Positions 1-9,871 of a stretch of DNA of 64,000 nucleotides are shown here, piece by piece. The notes under the pieces were generated by a model. That model had not been told where the DNA came from. It worked only from the letters and a program-made list of their open reading frames with translations, and made no database searches. The stretch is from an uncultured virus (IMG/VR IMGVR_UViG_3300021957_000006). Lineage: Duplodnaviria; Heunggongvirae; Uroviricota; Caudoviricetes. How positions within the stretch are numbered: position 1 is the first letter of the stretch; each line of letters starts with the position of its first letter. The position numbers and the translations under genes were made by a program. The DNA is taken from IMG/VR virus record IMGVR_UViG_3300021957_000006. The stretch is one strand, 5' to 3'.

Positions 1-200
1 GTTTTAACAAACTGTTGAGCCATTTTCTCAGCTTCTTTCTGAGTCTTATAAGCGTCTAGTCTATCACCATCTATATATACCACAAATCCTGCCTTTTCTT
101 TGTTGATCTTAACAGGAACGCGATCAATCTTTTTGTTAAAGACTTCTTGTCCTGAAGGACGTCTTTGCAGCTTTTCTCTAAGTTGTGTAAACGTTTTCAT
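1..200 (-). CDS. Hypothetical protein, truncated by the window edge (not in the ORF track)
   Basis: ATG at 200, open to position 1: MKTFTQLREKLQRRPSGQEVFNKKIDRVPVKINKEKAGFVVYIDGDRLDAYKTQKEAEKMAQQFVK. Late promoter 25 bp upstream. Lies in the prohead gene cluster. Confidence 0.75.
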   Translation of the reverse strand, partial: MKTFTQLREKLQRRPSGQEVFNKKIDRVPVKINKEKAGFVVYIDGDRLDAYKTQKEAEKMAQQFVK

Positions 201-224
201 TTCAACAGTCTCTTAATTATAGTT

Positions 225-232
225 TATTTATA
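225..232 (-). promoter_or_regulatory. T4-type late promoter TATAAATA
   Basis: Exact consensus, intergenic, upstream of ATG at 200. Confidence 0.8.
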
Positions 233-244
233 TGAAAAGTTTTT

Positions 245-544
245 TCAAGACTCTTCATCTTCTAATTCTTCATCTTCTAATTCTTCATCTTCAAGCTCTT
301 CATCTTCGATATCTAAAGCTTCTTCTGCTCCTGCATCTAGTTCATCATCATCTAGGTCATCAAGTCCGATCTCTGTTACATCTGGCTCTGTTTGAGCGCC
401 ATTGAACATTTGATCTGCTAGCTTTACCTTTTCTTGCTCAAGAGATTGATTCATTACATCTCCCATAATATCTTTAAAAGTTGGTGCTGCTGATGCAAAG
501 TCCTGGTTAATTACTTGATCGATAAAATCTACTACTTCTGCCAT
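245..544 (-). CDS. gp67: Prohead core protein, gp67-like, with acidic C-terminus
   Basis: Small, very acidic protein immediately downstream of the portal gene, the T4 gp67 position. Confidence 0.65.
   Translation of the reverse strand: MAEVVDFIDQVINQDFASAAPTFKDIMGDVMNQSLEQEKVKLADQMFNGAQTEPDVTEIGLDDLDDDELDAGAEEALDIEDEELEDEELEDEELEDEES
252..307. repeat. 15-bp tandem repeat, about 4 copies, encoding (EDEEL)n
   Basis: tcttcatcttc recurs at 252, 267, 282 and 297. Confidence 0.85.
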
Positions 545-545
545 A

Positions 546-2120
546 CTAATCTCCGTTATTCACATTAATATCTAAACTATGTTTTTGCCCTTGAGGTTCT
601 TGTTGTGGAGCCTCTTGCTCTTCTTCATCATCATTATCTATCTCACCAGAATCTTGTTCGTCAGATATCTGATCTTTCATATCTTCAATTTGATCGTCAT
701 CCATAAACAGAACGTTTTTCATAACATATTCTTTTGAGAAGAACTCTCCAACATACTGTTGCATCATATCTAGAGTCTGGATTCTCTCTCTTAAGAGCTC
801 TGCTTCCTTTAGTTCTGTAAAGTGACTATCACGAACATATTCAACATTAATATCTTCTTTCCAGCTGTTCCAATCTTCTTCAGTAATAATACCTTTTAAG
901 ATGAGCTGCTTTTTAAGAATATTATAAAATAGATTATCAAAACGAGAGCGAAGTCTATCAATAAACTTCTGAAACTTTAACTCTTCTCTTGTTATTTCAT
1001 TTGTCTTGCCGAGAGAGAATTGAGTTTCTTGCTCAAGTCTACTCATAGGAACGTTTAATGATCTGTAGAGTCGTTTTTGAAAATAGATGATGTCGTCGAT
1101 TTGTCCAAGATTTTCACCGCCTGGAAGTGTAGAGATTTCTGTTCCACGACCGCCTTCCCTACGAGGGAGCCAAAAGTCTTCAAGCATCGACATATGTTTA
1201 CGATCATCTCTAATAGCTCCTGTGTTAGCATCGTATACGAGTTTATTACGGTACTTAGCCATAATACCTTTCATATATTCTTCTGATTTACCTTTAGGTA
1301 AATTACCTACATCAATGTAGAATATACGACGCTCTGGAGCTCTAGCTAGTCTGTAAATGACTAGCGAGTCTTCCATCATACGTAATTGATTAATAGGCTT
1401 CAGAGCTTTATGAAGATGTGATACAACTTTCTTACGAGCTTCATCTAGTAAGCCAGAGGTAACATAAGAAATAGAATCAGGAGTAATCTTAATACCTTGA
1501 TTAGTTGATCCAGGCTTTTCCTGATAGATATAGAACTCATCTACTCGCTCAACAAGAGTTGCTCCTGTCTCAGGGTCTTTCTTCTTTTTAATTTGTTTAA
1601 CTTTTTTAATCTTAGAAGCATCAATAGGTCTTACTTCTTGAATACCAGCTTTAAGATTATTTTCATCGAGTACAAGATGATGAAACATTCTACCATCTAC
1701 ATACCAACGCTTAAACATATCATGACCTAAGTCACCGAAGTTAAGCATAGATAATACACCATCAAACTCTTCGGTCATAGCTTTTTTAATCTGATCGCTA
1801 ATACCATCTACATTATCAAGATTAAGCCTCACAGGAGCTTCGTTTGAGCCTGAGGTAATAGCTTCGTTAACAATATCTTCGACTGCTGCATCTACTTCAG
1901 GGTGATGTGAGACTGAACGATATTGCATAATAAGTTGTTTTTCGTCCTTGGTTTTCTCTCCATCCAAGTCGACATAAGTGCCATAGTGTGCACCTGCAGC
2001 TGTGACAAACCCTGCACCATCCTCATCAACAGGAGCCACAATTGATTGTAGCTTCTCTTGTTGTCTATTTCGAGCTCTTTTAATCTCGAATCCAAATAAT
2101 TTAATACTGTCTTCAGCCAT
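546..2120 (-). CDS. gp20: Portal vertex protein
   Basis: Motifs WYVDGR, YRLARAPERRIFYIDVGNLPK, EDFWLPRREGGRGTEISTLPGG; synteny. Confidence 0.98.
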   Translation of the reverse strand: MAEDSIKLFGFEIKRARNRQQEKLQSIVAPVDEDGAGFVTAAGAHYGTYVDLDGEKTKDEKQLIMQYRSVSHHPEVDAAVEDIVNEAITSGSNEAPVRLNLDNVDGISDQIKKAMTEEFDGVLSMLNFGDLGHDMFKRWYVDGRMFHHLVLDENNLKAGIQEVRPIDASKIKKVKQIKKKKDPETGATLVERVDEFYIYQEKPGSTNQGIKITPDSISYVTSGLLDEARKKVVSHLHKALKPINQLRMMEDSLVIYRLARAPERRIFYIDVGNLPKGKSEEYMKGIMAKYRNKLVYDANTGAIRDDRKHMSMLEDFWLPRREGGRGTEISTLPGGENLGQIDDIIYFQKRLYRSLNVPMSRLEQETQFSLGKTNEITREELKFQKFIDRLRSRFDNLFYNILKKQLILKGIITEEDWNSWKEDINVEYVRDSHFTELKEAELLRERIQTLDMMQQYVGEFFSKEYVMKNVLFMDDDQIEDMKDQISDEQDSGEIDNDDEEEQEAPQQEPQGQKHSLDINVNNGD

Positions 2121-2140
2121 ATTAATTCCTAATTAGTTAA

Positions 2141-2160
2141 GAGGGGCCCTTAAGCCCCTC
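2141..2160 (-). terminator. GC-rich hairpin between the tail tube and portal genes
   Basis: GAGGGGC-TTAAGG-GCCCCTC, a perfect 7-bp stem. The U tract is weak, so it may be a stabiliser rather than a terminator. Confidence 0.5.
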
Positions 2161-2163
2161 TGA

Positions 2164-2171
2164 TATTTATA
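2164..2171 (-). promoter_or_regulatory. T4-type late promoter TATAAATA
   Basis: Exact consensus upstream of gp20. Confidence 0.8.
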
Positions 2172-2175
2172 GGGC

Positions 2176-2703
2176 TTATGAGGTTGTGTTTGATTCCCAG
2201 TACTGGACTTGGAACTCAACAGTGAATCGTTCAATCTCATTTTCTGAAGCATAGCTCAGATCAATTGGAGATACAGCTGTTGGGAAACAACCACGGAAGT
2301 TGTATGTCTTAATTGTTGAGCCATCTTTGTCAAGTTGCTCTACCAGTAAGTCTGCTTCGTAATCAACAACGTTAGTTAGTCCAGTATTAGCACTATGTGC
2401 ATTCATACCGTTCATCCAGCGTTCCATTGAATCACGAATTACAAAATCCGTATCATTAATGATTGTCGGAGACCATACATCGAATGTACGATCACCAGCC
2501 ATTTTTAATTGTCTACCTCTAAAAGGTACAATGATCGGTGAGATCGTTGAACCAGGTAGCTGTGCTGCCTCGCAGAGAAAGGATGATGCTTCCACATCTC
2601 CTCCTGCATAAGCTGGGAAGTTGATAGTCGCTTTGAACAGATTTGGTCTAGCGCCACCACCTCTCAACTTGGCTTTAAAGTCGTCTACTCCTAGAATAGC
2701 CAT
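2176..2703 (-). CDS. gp19: Tail tube protein
   Basis: GGGARPNLF, FRGRQLKMAGDRTF, FPTAVSPIDL motifs; follows the sheath gene. Confidence 0.97.
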   Translation of the reverse strand: MAILGVDDFKAKLRGGGARPNLFKATINFPAYAGGDVEASSFLCEAAQLPGSTISPIIVPFRGRQLKMAGDRTFDVWSPTIINDTDFVIRDSMERWMNGMNAHSANTGLTNVVDYEADLLVEQLDKDGSTIKTYNFRGCFPTAVSPIDLSYASENEIERFTVEFQVQYWESNTTS

Positions 2704-2727
2704 TGTCTATTTACTCCTTTGACGCTA

Positions 2728-4452
2728 TTATACTGTGCCTACAACTTCACTAAAGTCTACACCAGTTCTAACAGCTACAAAATTAAGAGTAACGTAGTTA
2801 ATTGAACGAGCAGGCTTAATGAAGATGTTCGCGATGAATTCATTACGATCAATAACATTTGCTGTGTTATTAGTACTATCACAAACTACCTTAAAGTCTG
2901 TGATACCGCGGCGACCTTGAATCTCTCTCAGGAAAGGCTCTACAATATTTACAAACTCAGCTCTTGTAAAGTCGTCGTTAAACTCAAACATTACGTTTCT
3001 AGCTGCAGCTGCAATAGCTCTTTCCATTACTAAGAACAATCTACGAACATTAATTCGATCGAATGCGGATGGTCTGTTCAAGAATGTCTTATCACCGAAT
3101 AGCAAAATACCTTGTCCAGGAATATTTGCAACAGGGTTAACACCAGCTTTATAAAGAGTATCTCTGTCTGCTTTAGTAGGTGAATAAGACAGTGCTGTTA
3201 CTCCAAAATATTGACCTCTTCTCTGACCTGCAGGAGAGAACCATGGAGCTGCATTAGCATCAGTAGCTGCCATAATACCTGCTGTAGTCGAAGCAGCTGG
3301 AATAAAGACATATTGATCATTATACTTATCATACACCTTTAGATAGTTATTATCTACTACAAGGTAAGAAGATGTATTAAACCCTCCTACAGTAGTTGTA
3401 GTTGCCGTTACTGGTGTTGCATTATTAACAACGGCTGCAATATCTGGTGAAGTTACAACCACACAATCTTTTCTTAAATTACCAGCGATGCTTGTTAAGT
3501 TATTTACAACAGTTCGTTGGTCAGCTGCGTTAGCCATACCAGGTGCAATCAAGAAGTCAACCTGAATATTATCAACATCGTTAAACAAGGCAAATCCACT
3601 AGCTATGTCTGAAGTAGCTTTTGATCCGCTATCAACTCCACCTGTTAGTGATTTACTAATCGCCCCAGATGGGTTACCAAATGCCTTACCTGATGTTGCG
3701 GCTGTACCTGCATGAGTTAAAGTGGCTAAGTCACCATCAAAATGAGCTAACCATACATACTCTGATGCAGAATTAATTACATCATACACGTAATTAGAGG
3801 AACCATCGCTATTTTTAGCATTAGATGCTAAAGATACAAATGCATAACTCTCAAGAACAGTACCTACTGTGCCAGAGATGAAACCATCTTCATCGGATAC
3901 TACTACGTGAACTTCATCAGCACTACTACCTCTAGCATCTGCATATGCAGAGGTACCTGGTGCTTCATCAAATAGACCTTTATGTGTCCAACCGGTAAAT
4001 CCAGCTGCTGTACATATATCTACTTTAATGGAGTTACCTAATGCTCCGGCCCATTTAGCAATCCAAGCACCTACGTTAGTATCGCCTGAGTCTGCGCCAA
4101 ATGAACTTTTTACTTCATCCCAATGAGAACTGTTGTTAACATTTGTTACAACTGATGAGGATGAAGTTGCGTTTTTAGCTGCTGATGTAGCTTCTCTTAC
4201 TACATACAGAGCTGAAGAATATCTTAAAAATTGTACTGCAGATAAAAAATCTACAGCGTTTGTTGCTGTGGGTGATCCAAATCTTTCGGCTAAGTCAGCC
4301 TCCGAACTAACTAGAGTAGCTACGTTGGTTGGACCCCAGCGAAAATCTCCGACATACGCACCAGTTGTTGACTGGACATTAGGAACAAACCCTGAAAGGT
4401 CTACTTCCTTAACCGTAATCGCAGGAGATTCAGAGGGACTAAATACTGCCAT
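2728..4452 (-). CDS. gp18: Contractile tail sheath protein
   Basis: PWFSPAG, SAFDRINVRRLF, FEFNDDFTR, IKPARSINYVTLNFVA motifs. Confidence 0.98.
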   Translation of the reverse strand: MAVFSPSESPAITVKEVDLSGFVPNVQSTTGAYVGDFRWGPTNVATLVSSEADLAERFGSPTATNAVDFLSAVQFLRYSSALYVVREATSAAKNATSSSSVVTNVNNSSHWDEVKSSFGADSGDTNVGAWIAKWAGALGNSIKVDICTAAGFTGWTHKGLFDEAPGTSAYADARGSSADEVHVVVSDEDGFISGTVGTVLESYAFVSLASNAKNSDGSSNYVYDVINSASEYVWLAHFDGDLATLTHAGTAATSGKAFGNPSGAISKSLTGGVDSGSKATSDIASGFALFNDVDNIQVDFLIAPGMANAADQRTVVNNLTSIAGNLRKDCVVVTSPDIAAVVNNATPVTATTTTVGGFNTSSYLVVDNNYLKVYDKYNDQYVFIPAASTTAGIMAATDANAAPWFSPAGQRRGQYFGVTALSYSPTKADRDTLYKAGVNPVANIPGQGILLFGDKTFLNRPSAFDRINVRRLFLVMERAIAAAARNVMFEFNDDFTRAEFVNIVEPFLREIQGRRGITDFKVVCDSTNNTANVIDRNEFIANIFIKPARSINYVTLNFVAVRTGVDFSEVVGTV

Positions 4453-4510
4453 TTCTCTTTTCCTTTTGAGCTAATGATAAGATGTCATAATAAGAACATT
4501 CAATTACCGT

Positions 4511-4518
4511 TATTTATA
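4511..4518 (-). promoter_or_regulatory. T4-type late promoter TATAAATA
   Basis: Exact consensus upstream of gp18. Confidence 0.85.
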
Positions 4519-4530
4519 ATATTTTAATTC

Positions 4531-6141
4531 TTAATAAAATTCCTCTACCCAAGGTTTACTTCCTTGAATATGCCATTCATCTGGCTCCGGTTCCAATATA
4601 GGTTCATTTAATCCATCATCATGGTATCCCCATTCAAACACATCAAGTTCTATTTCACTCATTCTTTGCTTAAACATAAGCTCTTTCATATTAATATCAG
4701 ACATATCTAAAAATCTATCACCTAATGTAAAGTAACCAAACAACACAAGATTCATCATTAAATCGTCATGATTACCATCAGACGCTTCATAAGATTGACC
4801 TTTAGCTATAAATGTAGACATCTCAATAATAGTTTCTTGATCGTGAATATTAAGTTTTCTATTTTCAACAATATCTTTTATAGTAGAGCATCCTAAACGC
4901 TTTACCTTTTTGTTCATCATAATACCAAGACCATTAGCTTTTAAAGCAGACTCTAGATGTAAATTCTCATACTCTAATTCATAATATAATCCATTACATA
5001 CAATAGTACCTTGATCATTGTTTTCTATAACAACATATGCTTCATTATAATTTTTACAATACTTGTATATAATATTAGGAAACAATATAGGTGACATCTT
5101 GTTATTACGATATACGCATACTTGCTCGAACGGAGTTGTAGATATATCTATAATATTAAAAGTACTATAATCACCACCAACACCTTTAGCAACGTCCACA
5201 GTGCATATATACTGATGATCTTTTTCAGGTTCTTTGTATACAAGAAGAGTACCTCCTTCTAATACCCCGATAGGATTTCTCGCTCTTAATTCCATAAGAG
5301 TACTACCATCAATAAGTGTATCTCCAGTACCAAAAAATGTATTGCCAAACTCTTGATCAAACTGTAGCCTTGAAGTATTAGCTATTGTTTGTTCTTTCCA
5401 AGCCTCGTCTCTACCAGGCACATCCCACCAATCAACTCTAAATGGTTTGTATTCGTTTGTACCTTGAACAGCTCCTTCCCACAACTTATGAAACATATTA
5501 CCCACTCCGTTAGCAGTAGATGTAATAATAACTTTAGTCTCTTTACCAGAAGAAATAACTGGATATGTAGAAGTATAGAATGTAGCAGCATCTTCAACGA
5601 ATGCAAACTCGTCTAAGTATAGCAAATTAACAGACATACCACGAATAGAAGAACCTGATGTAGCTGCAGCAACAATACGAGAATTATTAGAAAACTCTAT
5701 AGATTTTTTATTTAACGACTTACACCCAGGCTGTAGAAAAAACGGTAGATTCTCTAACATCAGCGTTACTCTCCCAAGCATCTCTTGAGATGTCGCTCCT
5801 TTGTTAGCAAGGATAGCTACAACCTTCTCAGGATGAAAGAGAGCAAACCAGAGTAGATATGCAACTGAAGAAATAGACTTACCAGACTGTCGACACGCTA
5901 GTACAATGGAGAATCGTTGATTAGTAAAATGGTCAAACATCTTACTCTGATAATCGTATAGCTCGAAGTTTACAAGACCTAAATCTAGGTGAATAATCTT
6001 ACAATACTTAGAAGCAAAGTAAGAAGAGTCATCCATACATTTTTTATATTCTTCTACTTCGAATATATTAAATTGTGTTACAACACCATCACGCTTAATA
6101 TTTGGGTTACCGAGATATGTGTCATTCATCTGTCTGGTCAA
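4531..6141 (-). CDS. gp17: Terminase large subunit
   Basis: YLGNPN N-terminus, Walker A RQSGKS, Walker B LLYLDEFAF, nuclease motifs VDVAKG and HDDL. Confidence 0.98.
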   Translation of the reverse strand: MTRQMNDTYLGNPNIKRDGVVTQFNIFEVEEYKKCMDDSSYFASKYCKIIHLDLGLVNFELYDYQSKMFDHFTNQRFSIVLACRQSGKSISSVAYLLWFALFHPEKVVAILANKGATSQEMLGRVTLMLENLPFFLQPGCKSLNKKSIEFSNNSRIVAAATSGSSIRGMSVNLLYLDEFAFVEDAATFYTSTYPVISSGKETKVIITSTANGVGNMFHKLWEGAVQGTNEYKPFRVDWWDVPGRDEAWKEQTIANTSRLQFDQEFGNTFFGTGDTLIDGSTLMELRARNPIGVLEGGTLLVYKEPEKDHQYICTVDVAKGVGGDYSTFNIIDISTTPFEQVCVYRNNKMSPILFPNIIYKYCKNYNEAYVVIENNDQGTIVCNGLYYELEYENLHLESALKANGLGIMMNKKVKRLGCSTIKDIVENRKLNIHDQETIIEMSTFIAKGQSYEASDGNHDDLMMNLVLFGYFTLGDRFLDMSDINMKELMFKQRMSEIELDVFEWGYHDDGLNEPILEPEPDEWHIQGSKPWVEEFY

Positions 6142-6460
6142 TTATATCCACATCTTTCATCAACATACGTTGTAAGTCTGTTGTAGACCCAACGAAAACA
6201 TTATTATTAGTAGTACTAGGAATAGCTGGAATATCTTTCTTTTCCATATCGTGCTTCTTCTTATGAATATCAATAAGAGAATCACCTGCATCTGATACGT
6301 TTTTTAACATACCAGAAAGAACCTCATAGGCTCTGGGATGTTCTGTTGCTCGGGCAACTTCAATCATATCTTCTAAAGCTTCTTCACCTTTGACTAGAAG
6401 ACCATGTTTAATTCTTCTTACGAGTTCAAAATCGTTTTCTTTATTATCATTAGTCATCAT
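6122..6460 (-). CDS. gp16: Terminase small subunit
   Basis: HPRAYEV and NNVFVGSTTDLQ motifs; overlaps the gp17 start. Confidence 0.92.
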   Translation of the reverse strand: MMTNDNKENDFELVRRIKHGLLVKGEEALEDMIEVARATEHPRAYEVLSGMLKNVSDAGDSLIDIHKKKHDMEKKDIPAIPSTTNNNVFVGSTTDLQRMLMKDVDIIDQTDE

Positions 6461-7214
6461 AATCGTATGCTTCTAGGAACCCATAATCACTATCAGCACT
6501 CACTCCAGAAGGAGTAGGAGTAATAGTAATACTCAATAAATCACTGTCAGCAATATCCTTTGTTTCTGTATCAATCTTAGCAATTGATTTATTAATAATT
6601 TTACCATCATTAATCGGACCATAAAAGTTAACTTTCATATCAAATGTTAAAGTATATAGGATAGTTCTTCGTGAGGCAACTTCGCCTTCAAAATCATCAT
6701 TAAAATCTACACTTGTAATAGTAATAGGTACATCTTCTACTACACTTGGATGATCTGCAAGAGGTTTAATTGAAACGTTGTACTGAGGAGAAAAATAAGG
6801 AATTATCTGCTCTACAATTTGTAAGGCATCATTCTGAGTTTTAGAATAAATGTTAAGCTGAAAGTTTATTATATAAGGTACAAAGGCATTTATTTTAGAT
6901 CTCTGAGATACTGTAGTTCCTGCTTGTTGAAAGTTAGTAGTCTTTTGTAGCTGTCTAGAAGGGTCATAGTTTATACCTATTATTTCAAAAGACATTCTAG
7001 GAAGCTTTACTGCTACTCTTTGACCGTCTTGCAAGTCAGCTTGCTCTCTTATACGGTCTAAGAATTTAGACCGAGGTGCATAGGTTAAAGGAACTTTAAC
7101 ATGATTATAAGAAGCTCCAGTCTCTAGTCGTCTGACTACGTATATATCATTAAACAGCTTACCAAAAGTCGCAACCGATTTTCTAATTCTTTCGTGATAA
7201 AAATAACTAAACAT
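6450..7214 (-). CDS. gp15: Tail sheath stabiliser / tail completion protein
   Basis: FGKLFNDI, KVPLTYAP, LPRMSFE, LQIVEQIIPYFSP motifs. Confidence 0.95.
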   Translation of the reverse strand: MFSYFYHERIRKSVATFGKLFNDIYVVRRLETGASYNHVKVPLTYAPRSKFLDRIREQADLQDGQRVAVKLPRMSFEIIGINYDPSRQLQKTTNFQQAGTTVSQRSKINAFVPYIINFQLNIYSKTQNDALQIVEQIIPYFSPQYNVSIKPLADHPSVVEDVPITITSVDFNDDFEGEVASRRTILYTLTFDMKVNFYGPINDGKIINKSIAKIDTETKDIADSDLLSITITPTPSGVSADSDYGFLEAYDYDD

Positions 7215-8320
7215 TAAGGTTCTCCAAATGGGTTTGATTCAGAGAAGTCTAAGAAGTCAGTTAGAGTATCAAAGTATTCGTTTTGTTCATTAGAAGACGC
7301 TCCTATATTATCTGTCACACTAGTTACAATTGCTCCTTTATCTGTTGTTCTATCTCTAATAATAATACCAACCTCTGGTGTCTTATACTTACCATCATCA
7401 GAATAAAATTGAGAAACTGTAAGAGTGTTATTTGACTCGTTCCAGTTTTGTATAACTGATATTAGCCTATTACCATCAGCTTGTACTTGTATAGAATCTT
7501 CTCCGATCTCAAATAAGGCTGGAAGCGGCGGACTTATAGTCACAGTAGGAGCAGAAGAAAAGGGAGATCCAGCACTAGTGATTGTAATCCCTGTTAAAGC
7601 TCCTGCTGAACTAATCGTAGCCTCAACCACTGCGTTATTACTTGGAGAGAGTACAACTGTAGGAGGTACAGTATAACCAGCCCCAGGGTTAGTAACTGTA
7701 AACCCTGTTAACACACCAGATTCATTAATTGTAGAAGTAACAGCTGCTGTAGTTTTAGTGGTGTTTAAAACCATAGAATAGGTATAAGCATAGTCCGCTT
7801 GAATATCATCTATCTCATCATTACCTGTACTAATATTTTCATTTCCGTATTCAAATAGCTCACATCGCAATTTATAGGTTGGAAGGTTTTGTAACTGGTA
7901 AAATGGCTGTTCATGTTCTACATGGGTTATTTCAAAAAGCTTTTTAGAAAAGGGTATGTATAGCACATCCCCCTCTGCCGGTCTCTGTATTGTAATTTCA
8001 TTATCGTATCGTTGTACAGTACTTTCCCACCTACGTCTTGAAACTATAAAAGTAGCTTGATCTCTAATCTCTACTCCAAACTTAGTAAACAGATCTCCTT
8101 CACCGTCAAATCCGTCCACATTTTCAATATACATTTCAAGCTTATAGGAAGAGTTAAACCTGGATGGAATATCTTCTCCGAGTAATCTGTCCTCTGCTAG
8201 AATATCTCTTGGAAGGTAATAGATGTCTTGACCATACATTTTTAATGACTCTATGACTATATCCTCAAAGAGTCTTTGTTCTGATCTTACTGATTGACTA
8301 AAGTATGGATTAGTTGCCAT
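7214..8320 (-). CDS. gp14: Neck (head completion) protein with inserted GxGYT beta repeats
   Basis: NPYF N-terminus, YYLPR, FEITHVEHEQPFYQL, FLDFSESNPFG C-terminus. Confidence 0.95.
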   Translation of the reverse strand: MATNPYFSQSVRSEQRLFEDIVIESLKMYGQDIYYLPRDILAEDRLLGEDIPSRFNSSYKLEMYIENVDGFDGEGDLFTKFGVEIRDQATFIVSRRRWESTVQRYDNEITIQRPAEGDVLYIPFSKKLFEITHVEHEQPFYQLQNLPTYKLRCELFEYGNENISTGNDEIDDIQADYAYTYSMVLNTTKTTAAVTSTINESGVLTGFTVTNPGAGYTVPPTVVLSPSNNAVVEATISSAGALTGITITSAGSPFSSAPTVTISPPLPALFEIGEDSIQVQADGNRLISVIQNWNESNNTLTVSQFYSDDGKYKTPEVGIIIRDRTTDKGAIVTSVTDNIGASSNEQNEYFDTLTDFLDFSESNPFGEP

Positions 8321-8324
8321 TATT

Positions 8325-9077
8325 TTATCCTACAAAGAAGTCAGCTGGCATCTCGTGTTCAAGTCTAATAGACTCTCTTAAACGATCGATATCACCTGTT
8401 GCGTCATCGTATATCTGTCTACCATTTAGCATAACTCCTCCTGGAAGCTGCATACCTTCAAACTTCATAAGGTTAGCACCCCACTGTTGTTTAATAAGAG
8501 CAGTTGTATACTCCTTAAGCCATATATCATTATAAACTTTAGTATGTGTATTAGCATTTATTGCTTCGTATATTTCCGCTACAATGTAATCACCTTCTTT
8601 AAGATCACCATCTTGAAACTCACCATGAATATAAAGTCTATTCTGCTTTCTAGCAAAAGTAATCTGAGGGTTACCGTTTAATCTCATATCAAGTAGAGAC
8701 AGATATTGCTGCATTTGTTCGTAATATGCAAGGTCGCCAATATAAGAATGCATGTTAGCGATATCATTTAAGTGTAGCTGATATTTAACATCAAAGAAGT
8801 TTCTTGTAGACGCATCTCCGTGCACCTTAAACATTCTGGAAACAAACTGCACACTATCACTTAAAGTAATATACTGGTTCGTTACATCTGTAGCTGTTAC
8901 TTGATGCTTGAGAAATGTTCTTAGAGTAGCATCTGAATGAAACTCTTGATAGTATTGAATGGCTTCGTCCACACGGTCTTCCTGCTGGTCAGGATCTACA
9001 TTAATCTCGATCACAGGGTCGCCTAATCTACGAAGACAATATTCTATGAGTGTAGCTCTTGATGTTGGATTTGCCAT
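8325..9077 (-). CDS. gp13: Neck protein
   Basis: LRRLGDPVIEINV and KQQWGANLMKFEGMQLPGGVMLNG motifs. Confidence 0.95.
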   Translation of the reverse strand: MANPTSRATLIEYCLRRLGDPVIEINVDPDQQEDRVDEAIQYYQEFHSDATLRTFLKHQVTATDVTNQYITLSDSVQFVSRMFKVHGDASTRNFFDVKYQLHLNDIANMHSYIGDLAYYEQMQQYLSLLDMRLNGNPQITFARKQNRLYIHGEFQDGDLKEGDYIVAEIYEAINANTHTKVYNDIWLKEYTTALIKQQWGANLMKFEGMQLPGGVMLNGRQIYDDATGDIDRLRESIRLEHEMPADFFVG

Positions 9078-9104
9078 TTTGTTTTCCTCTAACTCCGTTA
9101 GATG

Positions 9105-9112
9105 TATTTATA
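9105..9112 (-). promoter_or_regulatory. T4-type late promoter TATAAATA
   Basis: Exact consensus upstream of gp13. Confidence 0.85.
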
Positions 9113-9115
9113 AGG

Positions 9116-9475
9116 TTAAGATGCTACTATTATTTGACCTGCCATCGAGGAGTGATTTTCACAATTATAATAATAAGTTCCGGCTGATGTAGGAGCAAAT
9201 AGAATATACCCATCAGTTTTACCAGTATTAGCAAATATAGTTGAGCCTGTTACAGCATTACTTGTCCCAGTAGAATTCGACGTTTTAATCCAAAATGGGT
9301 GTCCAGTGGTATTTTTTATAATAAACTTAATAATAGAGTTCGCAGCCATATTAATAGTCTTATTATTTGTATCTCCAAAAGAGCCGTTAGTATCCCAACC
9401 TTTAAGTATATAAACACCTGACCCTGCTTTCACTTCTACATCGTACCCTTCATGTACAAGATTTTGAGTTGCCAT
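9116..9475 (-). CDS. Cupredoxin-like putative virion protein
   Basis: GHPF ... YYYNCENHSSMAG gives the H...CxxHxxM type-1 copper ligand pattern. Confidence 0.65.
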   Translation of the reverse strand: MATQNLVHEGYDVEVKAGSGVYILKGWDTNGSFGDTNNKTINMAANSIIKFIIKNTTGHPFWIKTSNSTGTSNAVTGSTIFANTGKTDGYILFAPTSAGTYYYNCENHSSMAGQIIVAS

Positions 9476-9870
9476 TATGATTGACTCCAGATTAAAGTAC
9501 TGCCAACATAAACATGAGTAAACTGTGAGCTTCCTAAATAAATGCTATCAATTGTTGTACTTCCTATTTTTAAATTACGAGTAGCAGATCCTCCTCCTCC
9601 TTGGCCTTGTTGAGGAGCAGCTCCGTGTTCTGCAGTAGCGCTAAATAAAGGCCGAATAAAACCCAGATTTGGTTTATCATCTCTTACAGCAGATAAATCT
9701 GACCAGTTTTTATTAGCACTACTATGCTTAGCATGAATTGCTTTTCTAGCTTGTACTCCTGCTTTAGTAACATCAGAAACATACATAAAACCGACATCAA
9801 TGCCAATTAATGTACTATTGAATGGACGATTGCCGGTGCCGTTAAGAAAAGAATATGAAGGAACTGCCAT
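9475..9870 (-). CDS. Hypothetical putative virion protein
   Basis: Translationally coupled ORF; C-terminal IYLGS/VYVGS repeats typical of small phage tail proteins. Confidence 0.6.
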   Translation of the reverse strand: MAVPSYSFLNGTGNRPFNSTLIGIDVGFMYVSDVTKAGVQARKAIHAKHSSANKNWSDLSAVRDDKPNLGFIRPLFSATAEHGAAPQQGQGGGGSATRNLKIGSTTIDSIYLGSSQFTHVYVGSTLIWSQS

Positions 9871-9871
9871 T

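Noticed and set aside
165..395. Ser-rich plus-strand ORF
   Set aside because: It is the antisense shadow of the acidic EDEEL repeat in the gp67-like gene.
546..6141. Introns, inteins or homing endonucleases in the portal, sheath or terminase genes
   Set aside because: The genes are uninterrupted and of ordinary length, with no splicing or endonuclease motifs seen.
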